Origin: Coriobacteriia bacterium
GTDB lineage: Bacteria > Actinomycetota > Coriobacteriia > Anaerosomatales > PHET01
Reading direction: 5' to 3'
Assembly: GCA_034370385.1 (NCBI GenBank)
Contig: JAXMKZ010000029.1
Location: 64,088-128,087, forward strand
Length of the DNA stretch: 64,000 nucleotides
Position 1 is the stretch's first letter, and each line of letters starts with the position of its first letter. This document shows, one piece after another, positions 1 through 9,776 of the stretch. The translations under genes were made by a program, and so were the position numbers. The notes below the pieces were generated by a model. The model was not told where the DNA came from. It saw nothing but the letters and a program-made list of their open reading frames with translations, and searched no databases.

Positions 1-760
<760 letters not shown>

Positions 761-761
<1 letters not shown>

Positions 762-2047
762 TGGTGGCCGCTGGCACAACGGGCCCGTGGGATGTCGTCG
801 GCAACGCCGGCGTCGTCTCGGCGCGGTCGATCACCCTCACCGACGTGGCGCTGGCCTCCGGCGTGACGCTGCCGGAGGTCAACATCGCGTACGAGACGAT
901 CGGCGAGCTGTCGCCGGGTCGCGATAACGCGATCCTGCTGTGCCACGCGCTGTCCGGCGACGCCCATGTCGCCGGCTGGCGCGAAGCCGATGCCCGTGCG
1001 GCGGGATGGCGCAGCGAGGACGGCCCCGAATGGGCGCCGCCTGACTCCGCCACCGGTGACCCCGATGCCGCTTCAGAGGGATCGGTCAGACCCGGCTGGT
1101 GGGACCCGATGGTCGGCCCGGGCAAGGCGTTCGACACGGATCGGTACTTCATCGTGTGCGCCAACGTCCTGGGTGGCTGCTCGGGCACGACCGGGCCCGG
1201 CAGCACGAACCCCGCGACCGGCGAACCGCATGGCCTCGACTTCCCGGTGGTCACCATCGAGGACATGGTCGACGTGCAGACGCGGCTTCTTGATGAGCTC
1301 GGCATCGAGCGACTGCTGGCTGTCGCAGGTGGGTCTATGGGCGGCATGCAGGCGCTCGCTTGGGCGAAGCGCTACCCCGCGCGCGTGGGCGCGTGCGTCG
1401 CGATCGCGACTACGTGGCGCCTGGGTGCTCAGGCGATCGCTTTCAACGAAGTGGGCCGTGCGGCCATTCTGGGCGATCCGGCGTTTGCGGCTGGTCGCTA
1501 CTACGCTACGGGCACGGTGCCGCGCCACGGGCTGGCCGTCGCTCGCATGATCGGGCACATCACCTATCTGTCGGACGAGTCCATGCACGAGAAGTTCGGC
1601 CGCCGCCTGCGCGGGCGTGACGGCTTCGCCTTCGAGTTCGTGACCGAGTTCGAGGTGGAGAGCTACCTCGCCTACCAGGGCAAGCGTTTCACCGAGCGCT
1701 TCGACGCGAACACCTATCTCTTCATGACCAAGGCCATGGACTACTTCGACTTGTGCGAGGGCGCCTCGTCGCTCGGCGAGGCGCTGGCAGCCAGTCCGGT
1801 TCGCTTCCTCGTCCTGTCCTTCTCCAGTGACTGGCTCTTCCCGACGTACCAGGCTCGCGAGGTCGTCGATGCGCTGTCGGCCGCAGGCGCCGAGGTCAGT
1901 TTCGCCGAGATCGGCTCACCCTACGGCCACGACGCGTTCCTGCTGGAACCGCAGGCGCAACACGCGTTCGTGGAGCCGTTCCTCGAGCAAGCGCTGGCGC
2001 TTGAGCGTGCTCGAGGCACCGCGCCGAGCGGGGGTGAGTCGGCGTGA
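761..2047 (+). CDS. metX: homoserine O-acetyltransferase
   Basis: Uses the internal ATG at 761 of track ORF 425..2047; the upstream part of that ORF overlaps metY in another frame. Alpha/beta-hydrolase MetX motifs are present: CHALSGDAH, PGWWD, DTDRYF, GGSMGGMQAL. A metW gene follows. Confidence 0.9.
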
Positions 2048-2688
2048 GCGCGGCTGCATATCTGCGCGCCGACCTGCGCCTCGTGGCCGAGGTAGTGCCC
2101 GAGGGCAGTCGCGTGCTGGATCTGGGATGCGGGGACGGCTCCCTGATCGCGCACCTTCGCGACGTGCGCGGGTGCGCGGTGCGCGGTATCGAGCTCGATC
2201 ACACCGACATCGCCGCGGCATTGGCGCAGGGGTTGTCGGTGGTGGAGGCCGATCTCGATGATGGGCTGTTCGCCTATCCCGATGCGAGCTTCGACGTCGT
2301 CATCCTTTCGCAGACCCTGCAGGTTGTTCGCCGCCCCGCGTTCGTCTTGCGCGAGATGCTGCGTGTGGGGCGACGAGGCGTGGTGTCTTTCCCGAACTTC
2401 GGCCACTGGAGGGTCCGTGGGTACCTCGCTCTGAAGGGCCGGATGCCGGTCTCCAGTTCGATTCCCTACACCTGGTACGACACGCCGAACATCCACCACA
2501 CGACTATCCACGACTTCCGCGACTTCGTGGCATCCAATGGTGGCCAGATCGAGCGCGAGATCGCGCTCCTCACCGAGGGGTGGCGCCGTGCGGAGGTGCG
2601 CACCGTGAGCGTGTGGCCGAACCTGCTCGCAGACACGGCGGTCGCGGTGGTCCGGCCAGCCTCGCCGCACGCGACCCCGCGCGCTTGA
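2044..2688 (+). CDS. metW: methionine biosynthesis protein MetW
   Basis: GTG 2044 overlaps the metX stop (GTGA). It has the SAM-MTase-like motif VLDLGCGDG and a MetW-typical C-terminal half (FPNFGHWRVR...YTWYDTPNIHHTTI). Confidence 0.85.
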   Translation: MSAAAYLRADLRLVAEVVPEGSRVLDLGCGDGSLIAHLRDVRGCAVRGIELDHTDIAAALAQGLSVVEADLDDGLFAYPDASFDVVILSQTLQVVRRPAFVLREMLRVGRRGVVSFPNFGHWRVRGYLALKGRMPVSSSIPYTWYDTPNIHHTTIHDFRDFVASNGGQIEREIALLTEGWRRAEVRTVSVWPNLLADTAVAVVRPASPHATPRA

Positions 2689-2760
2689 GTGCAAGCACGT
2701 CCAGGTGGAATCGACCGATCCCGTGCCGACGACCCTCCGTGTAGGGGTATCCTGTCCCCC

Positions 2761-3870
2761 ATGAGCGACGACTACGCACTTCCCACGGACTTGGTGGGAC
2801 TCGGATACACGGATCGTGAGCGCGCTCTCTTCGCGCCGCTCATCGAGCAGGGGCTCTTTGCCGCCCGGGTGGCGCGCGTCGACCGCGGGCTGCCGCTCGT
2901 CGCCAGTGAGCGCGGGCTCGAGCGCGCTGAGCCGGCGATGCATCTGCTCAAGTCAGCCGATGATGCGTTCAGCAGGGTCGTCGTGGGCGACTGGGTGGCG
3001 CTTGCCCGGCCGGATACCCACGACATGCCGATCATCGAGGCGATTCTGCCCCGCCATGGGGCCTTCACGCGCAAAGATCCCGGCGAGCAGACGGGCGAGC
3101 AGGTGATCATCGCCAACGTCGACCTCGTCTTCGTCGTGCAGTCACTCTCCGGCAGCGGCATCAACATCTCGCGCCTGGAGCGCGAACTCGTGCTGGTGTG
3201 GGAGTCGGGCGCGCGCCCCGTGGTGGTGCTCACGAAATCCGACCTGACGGACATCGCCGATGAGCAGCGGACGATCGCCGAAGAGGTCGCATTCGGGGTC
3301 GACGTGGTCGTGGAGAGCGTCGTGACGGGCGAGGGGATCGAGAATGTTCGCGCTCATGTGCCGCTGGGTGTGACTGCGGCGATCCTGGGAAGCTCGGGAG
3401 TAGGCAAGTCCACGCTGCTCAACCGGCTGATCGGCGAGGATGTCCTGGCGACGGCCGAGGTTCGCGTGGGCGACGACAAGGGTCGGCACACCACGGTCGC
3501 CCGCGAGCTCGTGGCGCTGCCGGGCGGCGGAGTCGTCATTGACACCCCGGGCATGCGGGCGATCGGTCTGTGGGAGGCCACCGACGGCCTTGCTGCGGCG
3601 TTCCCTGACATCGAGGCGCTCGCCGAGCGATGCCGCTTTCGCGACTGCGCTCACGAGGCGGAGCCGGGCTGTGCGGTCATCGCGGCCGCGGAGAGCGGCG
3701 ATCTCGCGCAACGGCGGCTCGACAGCTACCGGCGGCTCACGTCCGAGCTTGAAGCGGTTGCTCGCAAGCAAGACGAGAAGGCGTGGCGCGAAAAAGAGCA
3801 GGCCGCCAAGGTGATCAGCAAGGCCGCGAAGCGCTTCAACACCACCGAGCCGAAGAGGCGCGGCAGGTAG
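2761..3870 (+). CDS. rsgA: ribosome small-subunit-dependent GTPase A
   Basis: Uses the internal ATG at 2761 of track ORF 2689..3870. It shows circularly permuted GTPase motifs (TKSDL, GSSGVGKSTLLN, DTPG) and the C-terminal zinc knuckle CRFRDCAHEAEPGC. Confidence 0.85.
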   Translation: MSDDYALPTDLVGLGYTDRERALFAPLIEQGLFAARVARVDRGLPLVASERGLERAEPAMHLLKSADDAFSRVVVGDWVALARPDTHDMPIIEAILPRHGAFTRKDPGEQTGEQVIIANVDLVFVVQSLSGSGINISRLERELVLVWESGARPVVVLTKSDLTDIADEQRTIAEEVAFGVDVVVESVVTGEGIENVRAHVPLGVTAAILGSSGVGKSTLLNRLIGEDVLATAEVRVGDDKGRHTTVARELVALPGGGVVIDTPGMRAIGLWEATDGLAAAFPDIEALAERCRFRDCAHEAEPGCAVIAAAESGDLAQRRLDSYRRLTSELEAVARKQDEKAWREKEQAAKVISKAAKRFNTTEPKRRGR

Positions 3871-4007
3871 ACTTCGGATCGGCGATTCTCCGACTTCTTG
3901 TGCGATCACCGCTGAACCGTTCGGCGAAACGGGGCGCGCGCACGGAGTAATCGGGCTCTAGGGCGGGTAGAGGCAATCAAGGGCACCGACAAGGGGGGTG
4001 ACGGTCC

Positions 4008-6347
4008 ATGCGGACCGAAGACGTGACGCCGGCTGGTGTCTTCACGACGCGGACGATCGACGCTCTCGTCGTAGCGGTTGCGGTGGCGACGATCGCCTTG
4101 TTCGCCATTCCCGCGTCGGCGGGGGCTGCGGGGACGTGGACCAACCTGGGGGCGTTCTCGGGCTCGGTGAGCTCGGTACAGGCACTCGATTACAACACAG
4201 TCATCGTCGGCGGCTCGTATACGCCGGCGAATCCCAGCTCCACCAACTTCCCTTCGGGGCGCGTGTACCGCTCGACCAACGGCGGCACATCCTTCTCGTC
4301 AGCAGCGCTTACGACGTGCTTCTCCGTGAGCAACATCGCGTTTGTCGACGCGACACATGGCTGGGCCACGGGCATCGGCTTTGACGCCGAGTCGTACTCC
4401 ACGGTCGATGGGGGCGTGACGTGGAGATCGATGGGGGCGTTCGCGCGTAGGGCCACCAAGAAGGCGATCGCTTTCGCCGACGCCTCGAACGGTTGGGCCG
4501 TCGGCCAGCAGGGCGTGACCGAGCGCACGCGCGACGGAGGCAGGACGTGGGAGATGCAGGTGGAGCCCGTCGCCGGCCCGGAACTAATGGCCGTGGACGC
4601 CGTCGACGCGACGCACGTCTGGGCGGTCGGCGGGATTCCCATGAGCGGTGCCGGGTTCATCAGGCACAGCTCGAATGGCGGAGCGACCTGGGTGGTGCAG
4701 AAGTCAGGTCTTCCGAGCGCCCTCACGGGGGTCGCGTTTGCCGATCGGACCCACGGAGTGGCCGTGGGCCAGAACGGGACACTGCTTGTGACGAAGAACG
4801 GGGGCGCTACGTGGACGCAGGCGTCGCTGCCGCGTGCGAGCGCCCTCGGGAGAGCCTTCGCCGGCCACATCAACGGCGTGGCATGGGCCAACGGCACTCG
4901 GGTGTTCGCTGCCGGATACGGGGGCGCACTGTTCGCGAGCCCTGACCGAGGCGTGACGTGGACCGACGAGTCCGACCCCGCCATCACGGCCGACTTCACC
5001 TCCATCGGTGCGGCGGGCGGTTCGCGGGTCTGGGTGACCGCTGGCACCCGCCTGTATCGCTTCACCTACACGCCTCCCCCCACGAAGTGGACGAAGCGCG
5101 TTTCGGGCACGACGGCCGGCCTGTTCGACGTGGATTTCGTCGATGCGACCCACGGTTGGGCGGTGGGCGGAGGCGGCCTCGTACTCAAGACCACGGATGG
5201 CGCGAAGACGTGGAAGCGCGTCGGCGCGGGCGCGACGTCGGCGACTCTGACCGGTGTCGACTTCGTCGACCGCTCCACCGGCTGGGCCGTTGGACGCTTC
5301 CCGGTCGCAACACCCCTAGCGCCCACCGTCATCCTGCGCACCGACGACGGGGGTGCCACGTGGAAGCCCCAGGCGCACCCGAACGACGGGACGTTCATAC
5401 GGCGCGTGCGCATGACTTCGAAGACCGACGGGTGGATCCTGGGTGAGCACTGGCGCGTCGGACAGGCGGTGCCGCCGAAGCCGTACTTCAGCATCCTTCG
5501 CACGACGGATGGCGGCTCGACTTGGACCGCGCACAGGGACTCGCCGCCCGACCTGTTGTCCGACGCAGTGTTCCCAACGCCGTCGATCGGGTTCATCGCC
5601 GGGTACCGCGGTAGTAACTTCAAGACGGTCGACGGTGGGGCGACCTGGACGCGCCTGTCGGGGGTGACCGGGGTCGGGCGTGGTTTGGGGGTGGCGTTCA
5701 CGAGCCCGACGAACGGCATCATCGCCGGCGACCGTGTCGTGGACACGACATCGCCGGGTATGATCGCGCACACGGCCGACGGCGGCGCCACGTGGAGTGG
5801 CGCGGTGCTGCCAACGACCGCCCAGCTGCGTTCCGCCACGTCGTTCAAGGGCAGCATCTGGGTCGTCGGCGAGAAGGGGACGATCCTGCGCTCGGGCGAT
5901 GGGGGCTCGTCGTGGGGCGTGCAGTCGTCGGGCACCACGATGACGCTTCACGGGGTCAAGGCGCTCAGCAACGACTTCATCGTGGCGGTAGGCTCGGGCG
6001 GCACGATCCTCACCGGCGCGCGCACCGGCGCGACTCTCTCCAAGCCGAAGCTGGGGTTCCCCGCGAAGCGCAACGCCTTCCTGCAGATCACCGGAACCGT
6101 CACGCCAGCGGTCGCGGACTCGAACACGAAGGTCGTGGTCTATCGCAAGGTCGGGAGGGCATGGAAGGTCCACAAGACCGTGACGGCCAAGAACTTCGTG
6201 AACGCTCCGCGCAGCGGCCCGCGCCGCTCGGTGTACTACGCCAATACGAAGGCGGGTCCGGCCGGCACGTACTCCGCGGTAGCGACGTTCACTCATCCCG
6301 ACTACAAGACTTCGAGCAGCACGCGGTTCACATTCATCGTGAAGTGA
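4008..6347 (+). CDS. secreted BNR/Asp-box repeat protein, two Ycf48/sialidase-like beta-propellers plus a C-terminal beta-sandwich-like domain
   Basis: 779-aa ORF with RBS AAGGGGGGTGA upstream and an N-terminal signal-like segment (...FAIPASAGAAG). Twelve Asp-box-like motifs occur at about 40-60 aa spacing: TNGGTSF, VDGGVTW, RDGGRTW, SNGGATW, KNGGATW, PDRGVTW, TDGAKTW, DDGGATW, TDGGSTW, VDGGATW, ADGGATW, GDGGSSW. Confidence 0.75.
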   Translation: MRTEDVTPAGVFTTRTIDALVVAVAVATIALFAIPASAGAAGTWTNLGAFSGSVSSVQALDYNTVIVGGSYTPANPSSTNFPSGRVYRSTNGGTSFSSAALTTCFSVSNIAFVDATHGWATGIGFDAESYSTVDGGVTWRSMGAFARRATKKAIAFADASNGWAVGQQGVTERTRDGGRTWEMQVEPVAGPELMAVDAVDATHVWAVGGIPMSGAGFIRHSSNGGATWVVQKSGLPSALTGVAFADRTHGVAVGQNGTLLVTKNGGATWTQASLPRASALGRAFAGHINGVAWANGTRVFAAGYGGALFASPDRGVTWTDESDPAITADFTSIGAAGGSRVWVTAGTRLYRFTYTPPPTKWTKRVSGTTAGLFDVDFVDATHGWAVGGGGLVLKTTDGAKTWKRVGAGATSATLTGVDFVDRSTGWAVGRFPVATPLAPTVILRTDDGGATWKPQAHPNDGTFIRRVRMTSKTDGWILGEHWRVGQAVPPKPYFSILRTTDGGSTWTAHRDSPPDLLSDAVFPTPSIGFIAGYRGSNFKTVDGGATWTRLSGVTGVGRGLGVAFTSPTNGIIAGDRVVDTTSPGMIAHTADGGATWSGAVLPTTAQLRSATSFKGSIWVVGEKGTILRSGDGGSSWGVQSSGTTMTLHGVKALSNDFIVAVGSGGTILTGARTGATLSKPKLGFPAKRNAFLQITGTVTPAVADSNTKVVVYRKVGRAWKVHKTVTAKNFVNAPRSGPRRSVYYANTKAGPAGTYSAVATFTHPDYKTSSSTRFTFIVK

Positions 6348-6382
6348 GGCGAAGCGGTGCGGCTGATCCCCCAGGACAAGGT

Positions 6383-6420
6383 ATCTTTACAATATGCGAA
6401 TATGCGTATATTGTAAAGAT
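6383..6420. promoter_or_regulatory. AT-rich palindromic operator/promoter candidate upstream of the arsR-family gene
   Basis: The sequence is ATCTTTACAATAT-GCGAATATGCGT-ATATTGTAAAGAT. The outer 13-bp arms are perfect inverted repeats, and the centre contains a tandem AATATGCG x2 (6391-6406). It is the most AT-rich stretch in the window. TTTACA and TATATT/TATTGT hexamers lie inside it, and it ends 45 bp before GTG 6465. Confidence 0.5.
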
Positions 6421-6464
6421 CGCCCGACCACCACAGCCAGCCTACATGCCGGAGGCGACGCGAC

Positions 6465-6800
6465 GTGGACCAGAGTTTCTTCTGCATGCACACCGAGCTG
6501 TGCAAGACACTCGCCAACGAGAAGCGCCAGATGATCCTGGCCGCCCTTCGCGACTCTGAGATGACCGTCGGTGAGCTCGTCGAGATGACGGGCATCCCCC
6601 AGGCGACTCTCTCGCAGCACCTGTCCAAGATGCGCGCCCACGATGTCGTTCGGGTTCGCCGGTCGGGGGCCTACGCCTACTATTCGCTGGCCAATCCCAA
6701 GCTGATTCAAGCGTTCGACCTCATCACTGAGGTCATGCAGGAGTCTGCGTTGTCCCGGGCGAGCGCGTCCGAGACTGAGTCCGAGGAGGATGCACGATGA
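6465..6800 (+). CDS. ArsR/SmtB-family metalloregulator-type transcriptional repressor
   Basis: GTG 6465 is preceded by GGAGG 6451-6455. The winged-HTH core reads LCKTLANEKRQMILAALRDSEMTVGELVEMTGIPQATLSQHLSKMRAHDVV. The stop overlaps the next gene's start (ATGA). Confidence 0.85.
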   Translation: MDQSFFCMHTELCKTLANEKRQMILAALRDSEMTVGELVEMTGIPQATLSQHLSKMRAHDVVRVRRSGAYAYYSLANPKLIQAFDLITEVMQESALSRASASETESEEDAR

Positions 6801-7333
6801 CAGACGTCGCCGCCCAGATGAGTCAGGTCGCTGCGGTCGCTGAGGCAGAGCCTGGGCCCAAGAAGATGACGCTTGTGGTGATGAGCGGGGACATGGACAG
6901 GCTCTTCGGAGCCTTCATCATCGCAACCGGGGCCGCCGCCATGGGCTTCGACGTGGTCATGTTCTTCACGTTCTGGGGGCTGAAGGCCCTGAAGCGAGCG
7001 GATGCCAAGCATGGGAAGTCGTTCTTCGGAAAGATGCTCGGCATGGGCGCGTTCGAGGGCGGCGGTATCGACAAGGCGAACCCGAGCAAGTACAGCTTCG
7101 GCGGAATGGGCAGATGGATGTTTGGCAAGATGATGGGCGCTCACAACGTCTCGACCCTGCCGGAGCTGCGCGATCTGGCCGTGATGCTGGGCGTGCGCAT
7201 GTACGGCTGCCAGATGTCGATGGACGTCATGGAGATTCCGCAGGACACCTTCGTGGAAGGTGTGCAGGAGCCGGTCGGTGTGGGATTCATGCTCGCCGAG
7301 GCCGAGACCTCGAAGATTCAGTTCTTCATCTAG
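6797..7333 (+). CDS. DsrE/DsrF-like sulfur-relay family protein (COG2210-type)
   Basis: 178 aa with a core MTLVVMSGDMDRLFGAFIIATGAAAMGFDVVMFFTFWGL and a candidate active-site Cys in MYGCQMSMDVM. This pattern is typical of DsrE-like proteins encoded next to TusA. Confidence 0.75.
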   Translation: MTDVAAQMSQVAAVAEAEPGPKKMTLVVMSGDMDRLFGAFIIATGAAAMGFDVVMFFTFWGLKALKRADAKHGKSFFGKMLGMGAFEGGGIDKANPSKYSFGGMGRWMFGKMMGAHNVSTLPELRDLAVMLGVRMYGCQMSMDVMEIPQDTFVEGVQEPVGVGFMLAEAETSKIQFFI

Positions 7334-7456
7334 GCGACCACCCGGCGCCGGAAGCCTGCGGCGCTGGATCGTTGAGCACGACGGTTCGTGTCCGAGGGAC
7401 ATGAGCCGAGGGCGGCCCCGCATGCCGGCGAGGCCTCAACTGTAAGGGAGCATCAC

Positions 7457-7696
7457 ATGAGCGACATCACCCCCGACCTTGAGCTCGACCTGCGCGGGCT
7501 GCTGTGCCCGATGCCGATGGTGAAGGTCTCCCAGAACATCAGCAAAGTCGAAGTCGGCGGAGTCATCCGCGCCGTGGCGACTGACGCCGGAGCGATGGCT
7601 GACATCCCGGCGTGGGCCAAGTCCACGGGCAACGAGGTGCTTCAGGCCGAGAAGGTCGACAGCGAGTTCGTCTTCCTGGTCAAGCGGGTGAAATAG
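7457..7696 (+). CDS. tusA: TusA/SirA-like sulfurtransferase (sulfur carrier)
   Basis: Uses the internal ATG at 7457 with RBS AAGGGAG at 7444-7450. The diagnostic motif LDLRGLLCPMPMVK (CPxP) is present, and the size is about 79 aa. Confidence 0.85.
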   Translation: MSDITPDLELDLRGLLCPMPMVKVSQNISKVEVGGVIRAVATDAGAMADIPAWAKSTGNEVLQAEKVDSEFVFLVKRVK

Positions 7697-7707
7697 CCTT
7701 GGTTCCC

Positions 7708-8430
7708 ATGGACACCTTCTCGTTCATCGCTTCTGCCCTCGGTGTCTATGTCGGCCTTGGTGTGTTCATAGTCGGCATGTCATGGAGGGCATGGCAGTGG
7801 GCGAAGACGCCGAAGAGCCCTGCCCGTTTTGCGCTGTATCCGAAGCCGAAGACCGGCGCCGGGCGGTTTGGTGCGCTCATGCGCGATACGTTTGTGGCGC
7901 CCCAGAGCTTCAAGATCGCACCGGGCGTCATGATCGCCGCGATGGCGTTTCACCTCGCCGCACTCGCGGCGTTCGTCGGACACCTGCGGCTCGTGCACGA
8001 GTTCACGCCGCTCGTCGCGGTGCTGGGCGAAGAGGGCATGGCCACCTTCGCCGGCATCTCGGGCGGCTTCGCTGGCATCGTGATGCTCATCGCCGTCCTC
8101 TACTGGATCGCGCGGCGCACCTTCGGGCCGTACAAGAACCTGTCGACCCCGGAGGACTACTTCCTGCTGTTCTTGCTGCTGGGCATCGTCGTGATGGGCG
8201 ATCACCTGCGCTTCGTGGGTGCCATCCACGGCCCGACCTACATCGAGTGGTTCCAGTCGGTGTTGGCCTTCCAGCCGGCGTGGCCCGAAGAGATCGCCGG
8301 TTCTGGCGAGATGTGGGCGCTCAACTGGCACATGCTCTTCGTCAACGCGTTCCTGATCTACTTCCCGTTCTCGAAGCTCACGCACGCCATCGGGGCCTTC
8401 GCGACCAACCTCGTGAGGAGCTCTGAGTAG
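7708..8430 (+). CDS. NarI/DsrM/HmeC-like integral membrane di-heme b-type subunit
   Basis: Uses the internal ATG at 7708 of track ORF 7612..8430. The protein is polytopic and hydrophobic, with conserved His in helices (FHLAALAAFVGHLRLVH, GDHLRF, NWHMLF, KLTHAIG), as in the nitrate reductase gamma / DsrM family. It is followed 2 nt later by the Fe-S CCG subunit. Confidence 0.7.
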   Translation: MDTFSFIASALGVYVGLGVFIVGMSWRAWQWAKTPKSPARFALYPKPKTGAGRFGALMRDTFVAPQSFKIAPGVMIAAMAFHLAALAAFVGHLRLVHEFTPLVAVLGEEGMATFAGISGGFAGIVMLIAVLYWIARRTFGPYKNLSTPEDYFLLFLLLGIVVMGDHLRFVGAIHGPTYIEWFQSVLAFQPAWPEEIAGSGEMWALNWHMLFVNAFLIYFPFSKLTHAIGAFATNLVRSSE

Positions 8431-8432
8431 CC

Positions 8433-9719
8433 ATGGAGCAGCAGACCATCGAAACCATCGTCGGTACACTCGACAAGAAGATGAACCGCACGCTCAAGCA
8501 GTACATGGACATCTGCGCGCGATGCGCCGTCTGCAAAGACGCGTGTCATCAGTACACCGCAACGGGCGACATGAAGTACCTGCCCGCGCGGCGTGCGGAG
8601 CTGGTTCGCCAGATCTATCGCAAGTACTTCACGAAGTCGGGGCAGTTCGTGCCCGCCCTTTACGAGGCGCGCGACCCGGATGAGAACCTCCTCGACGAAC
8701 TCGCCGATGCTACGTACGCGTGCACGGGGTGTCGCCGGTGCATGTACTACTGCCCGTTCTCGATCGACACCGGTTGGATACTGGCCACCTCTAAGGCGAT
8801 TCTCGTCGCCGCGGGTAGGGGCAACGAGATGCTGGGCCAGCTTGCCGACGCCGCGCTCTTCAAGGGCGACAACCTCGAGATGTTTCGCGATTCGCTCGTT
8901 GCAGGGTTCAAGGATGTCGAGACCGAAGTGCGCGAGCTGACCGGAAACCCGAACGCTGAGATTCCCGTGGACCGCGTGGGTGCCGATGTGCTCTACGTGG
9001 CGCTTGCCGGTGCACACAGCTTCAAGTCCGCCGCGGTCATCTTCAACGAGGCAGGTACCAACTGGACGCTCTCGCTGTTCGAGTCCGCGAACTACGGCTA
9101 CTTCTACGGTGATGCCGAGAAGGCGCGCCTGATCGCGAAGCGCTACGTCGACGAGGCCGTGCGGCTGGGCGTCAAGGAAGTCGTGATCCCCGAGTGCGGT
9201 CACGCCTACCGCGTCGCCGAGATGTTCTACGCCGCGTGGTCCGGCGAGCCGCTACCGTTCAAGGTCCGCCACATCCTCGAGGTCATCGACGAGTACATCA
9301 AGGATGGGCGCATCACCGTCCAGCCGGGTGCGATCAAGGAACGGCTGACGTACCACGACCCGTGTCAGATCGGACGCAATGGTGGCATCTTCGAGCAGCC
9401 TCGCGACATCGTGAAGGCGATCTCGGCCGATTTCGTCGACCTGACCCCCAGCCGCGGCGAACAGTGGTGCTGCGGGGGCGGCGGCGGAATCGTGGCGATG
9501 GAGGAGTACAACGAGATGCGTGTGAAGTCCGGGGACGAGAAGGTGAAGCAACTGCGCGCCAGCGGAGCGTCGGTGCTGGCGTGCCCCTGCGAGAACTGCC
9601 GTCTGCAGATCAACGAGCTCAACGCGGTGCACGATCTGGGGCTTGAGATCAAGCAGGTGATGGACCTGGTGGTCGAGGCGATGCCGCTGAAGGGCCGCAC
9701 GACAGGGGCGGAAGCGTAG
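8433..9719 (+). CDS. HdrD/DsrK/HmeD-like iron-sulfur protein with CCG domain
   Basis: Two ferredoxin-type cluster motifs are present (CARCAVCKDACHQY and CTGCRRCMYYCPFS). A C-terminal CCG domain is also present (YHDPCQIGR...WCCGGGGG...CPCENC). Confidence 0.8.
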   Translation: MEQQTIETIVGTLDKKMNRTLKQYMDICARCAVCKDACHQYTATGDMKYLPARRAELVRQIYRKYFTKSGQFVPALYEARDPDENLLDELADATYACTGCRRCMYYCPFSIDTGWILATSKAILVAAGRGNEMLGQLADAALFKGDNLEMFRDSLVAGFKDVETEVRELTGNPNAEIPVDRVGADVLYVALAGAHSFKSAAVIFNEAGTNWTLSLFESANYGYFYGDAEKARLIAKRYVDEAVRLGVKEVVIPECGHAYRVAEMFYAAWSGEPLPFKVRHILEVIDEYIKDGRITVQPGAIKERLTYHDPCQIGRNGGIFEQPRDIVKAISADFVDLTPSRGEQWCCGGGGGIVAMEEYNEMRVKSGDEKVKQLRASGASVLACPCENCRLQINELNAVHDLGLEIKQVMDLVVEAMPLKGRTTGAEA

Positions 9720-9746
9720 CACGCACGGATTCAACGCCGAATGAGT

Positions 9747-9776
9747 GAAGGGCCCGTCAGCGATGATGGGCCCTTC
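9747..9776 (+). terminator. stem-loop after the Fe-S subunit gene (possible intrinsic terminator without U-tract)
   Basis: GAAGGGCCC-12 nt loop-GGGCCCTTC forms a perfect 9-bp stem 28 nt after the stop. No T-run follows, so the call is weak. Confidence 0.35.
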
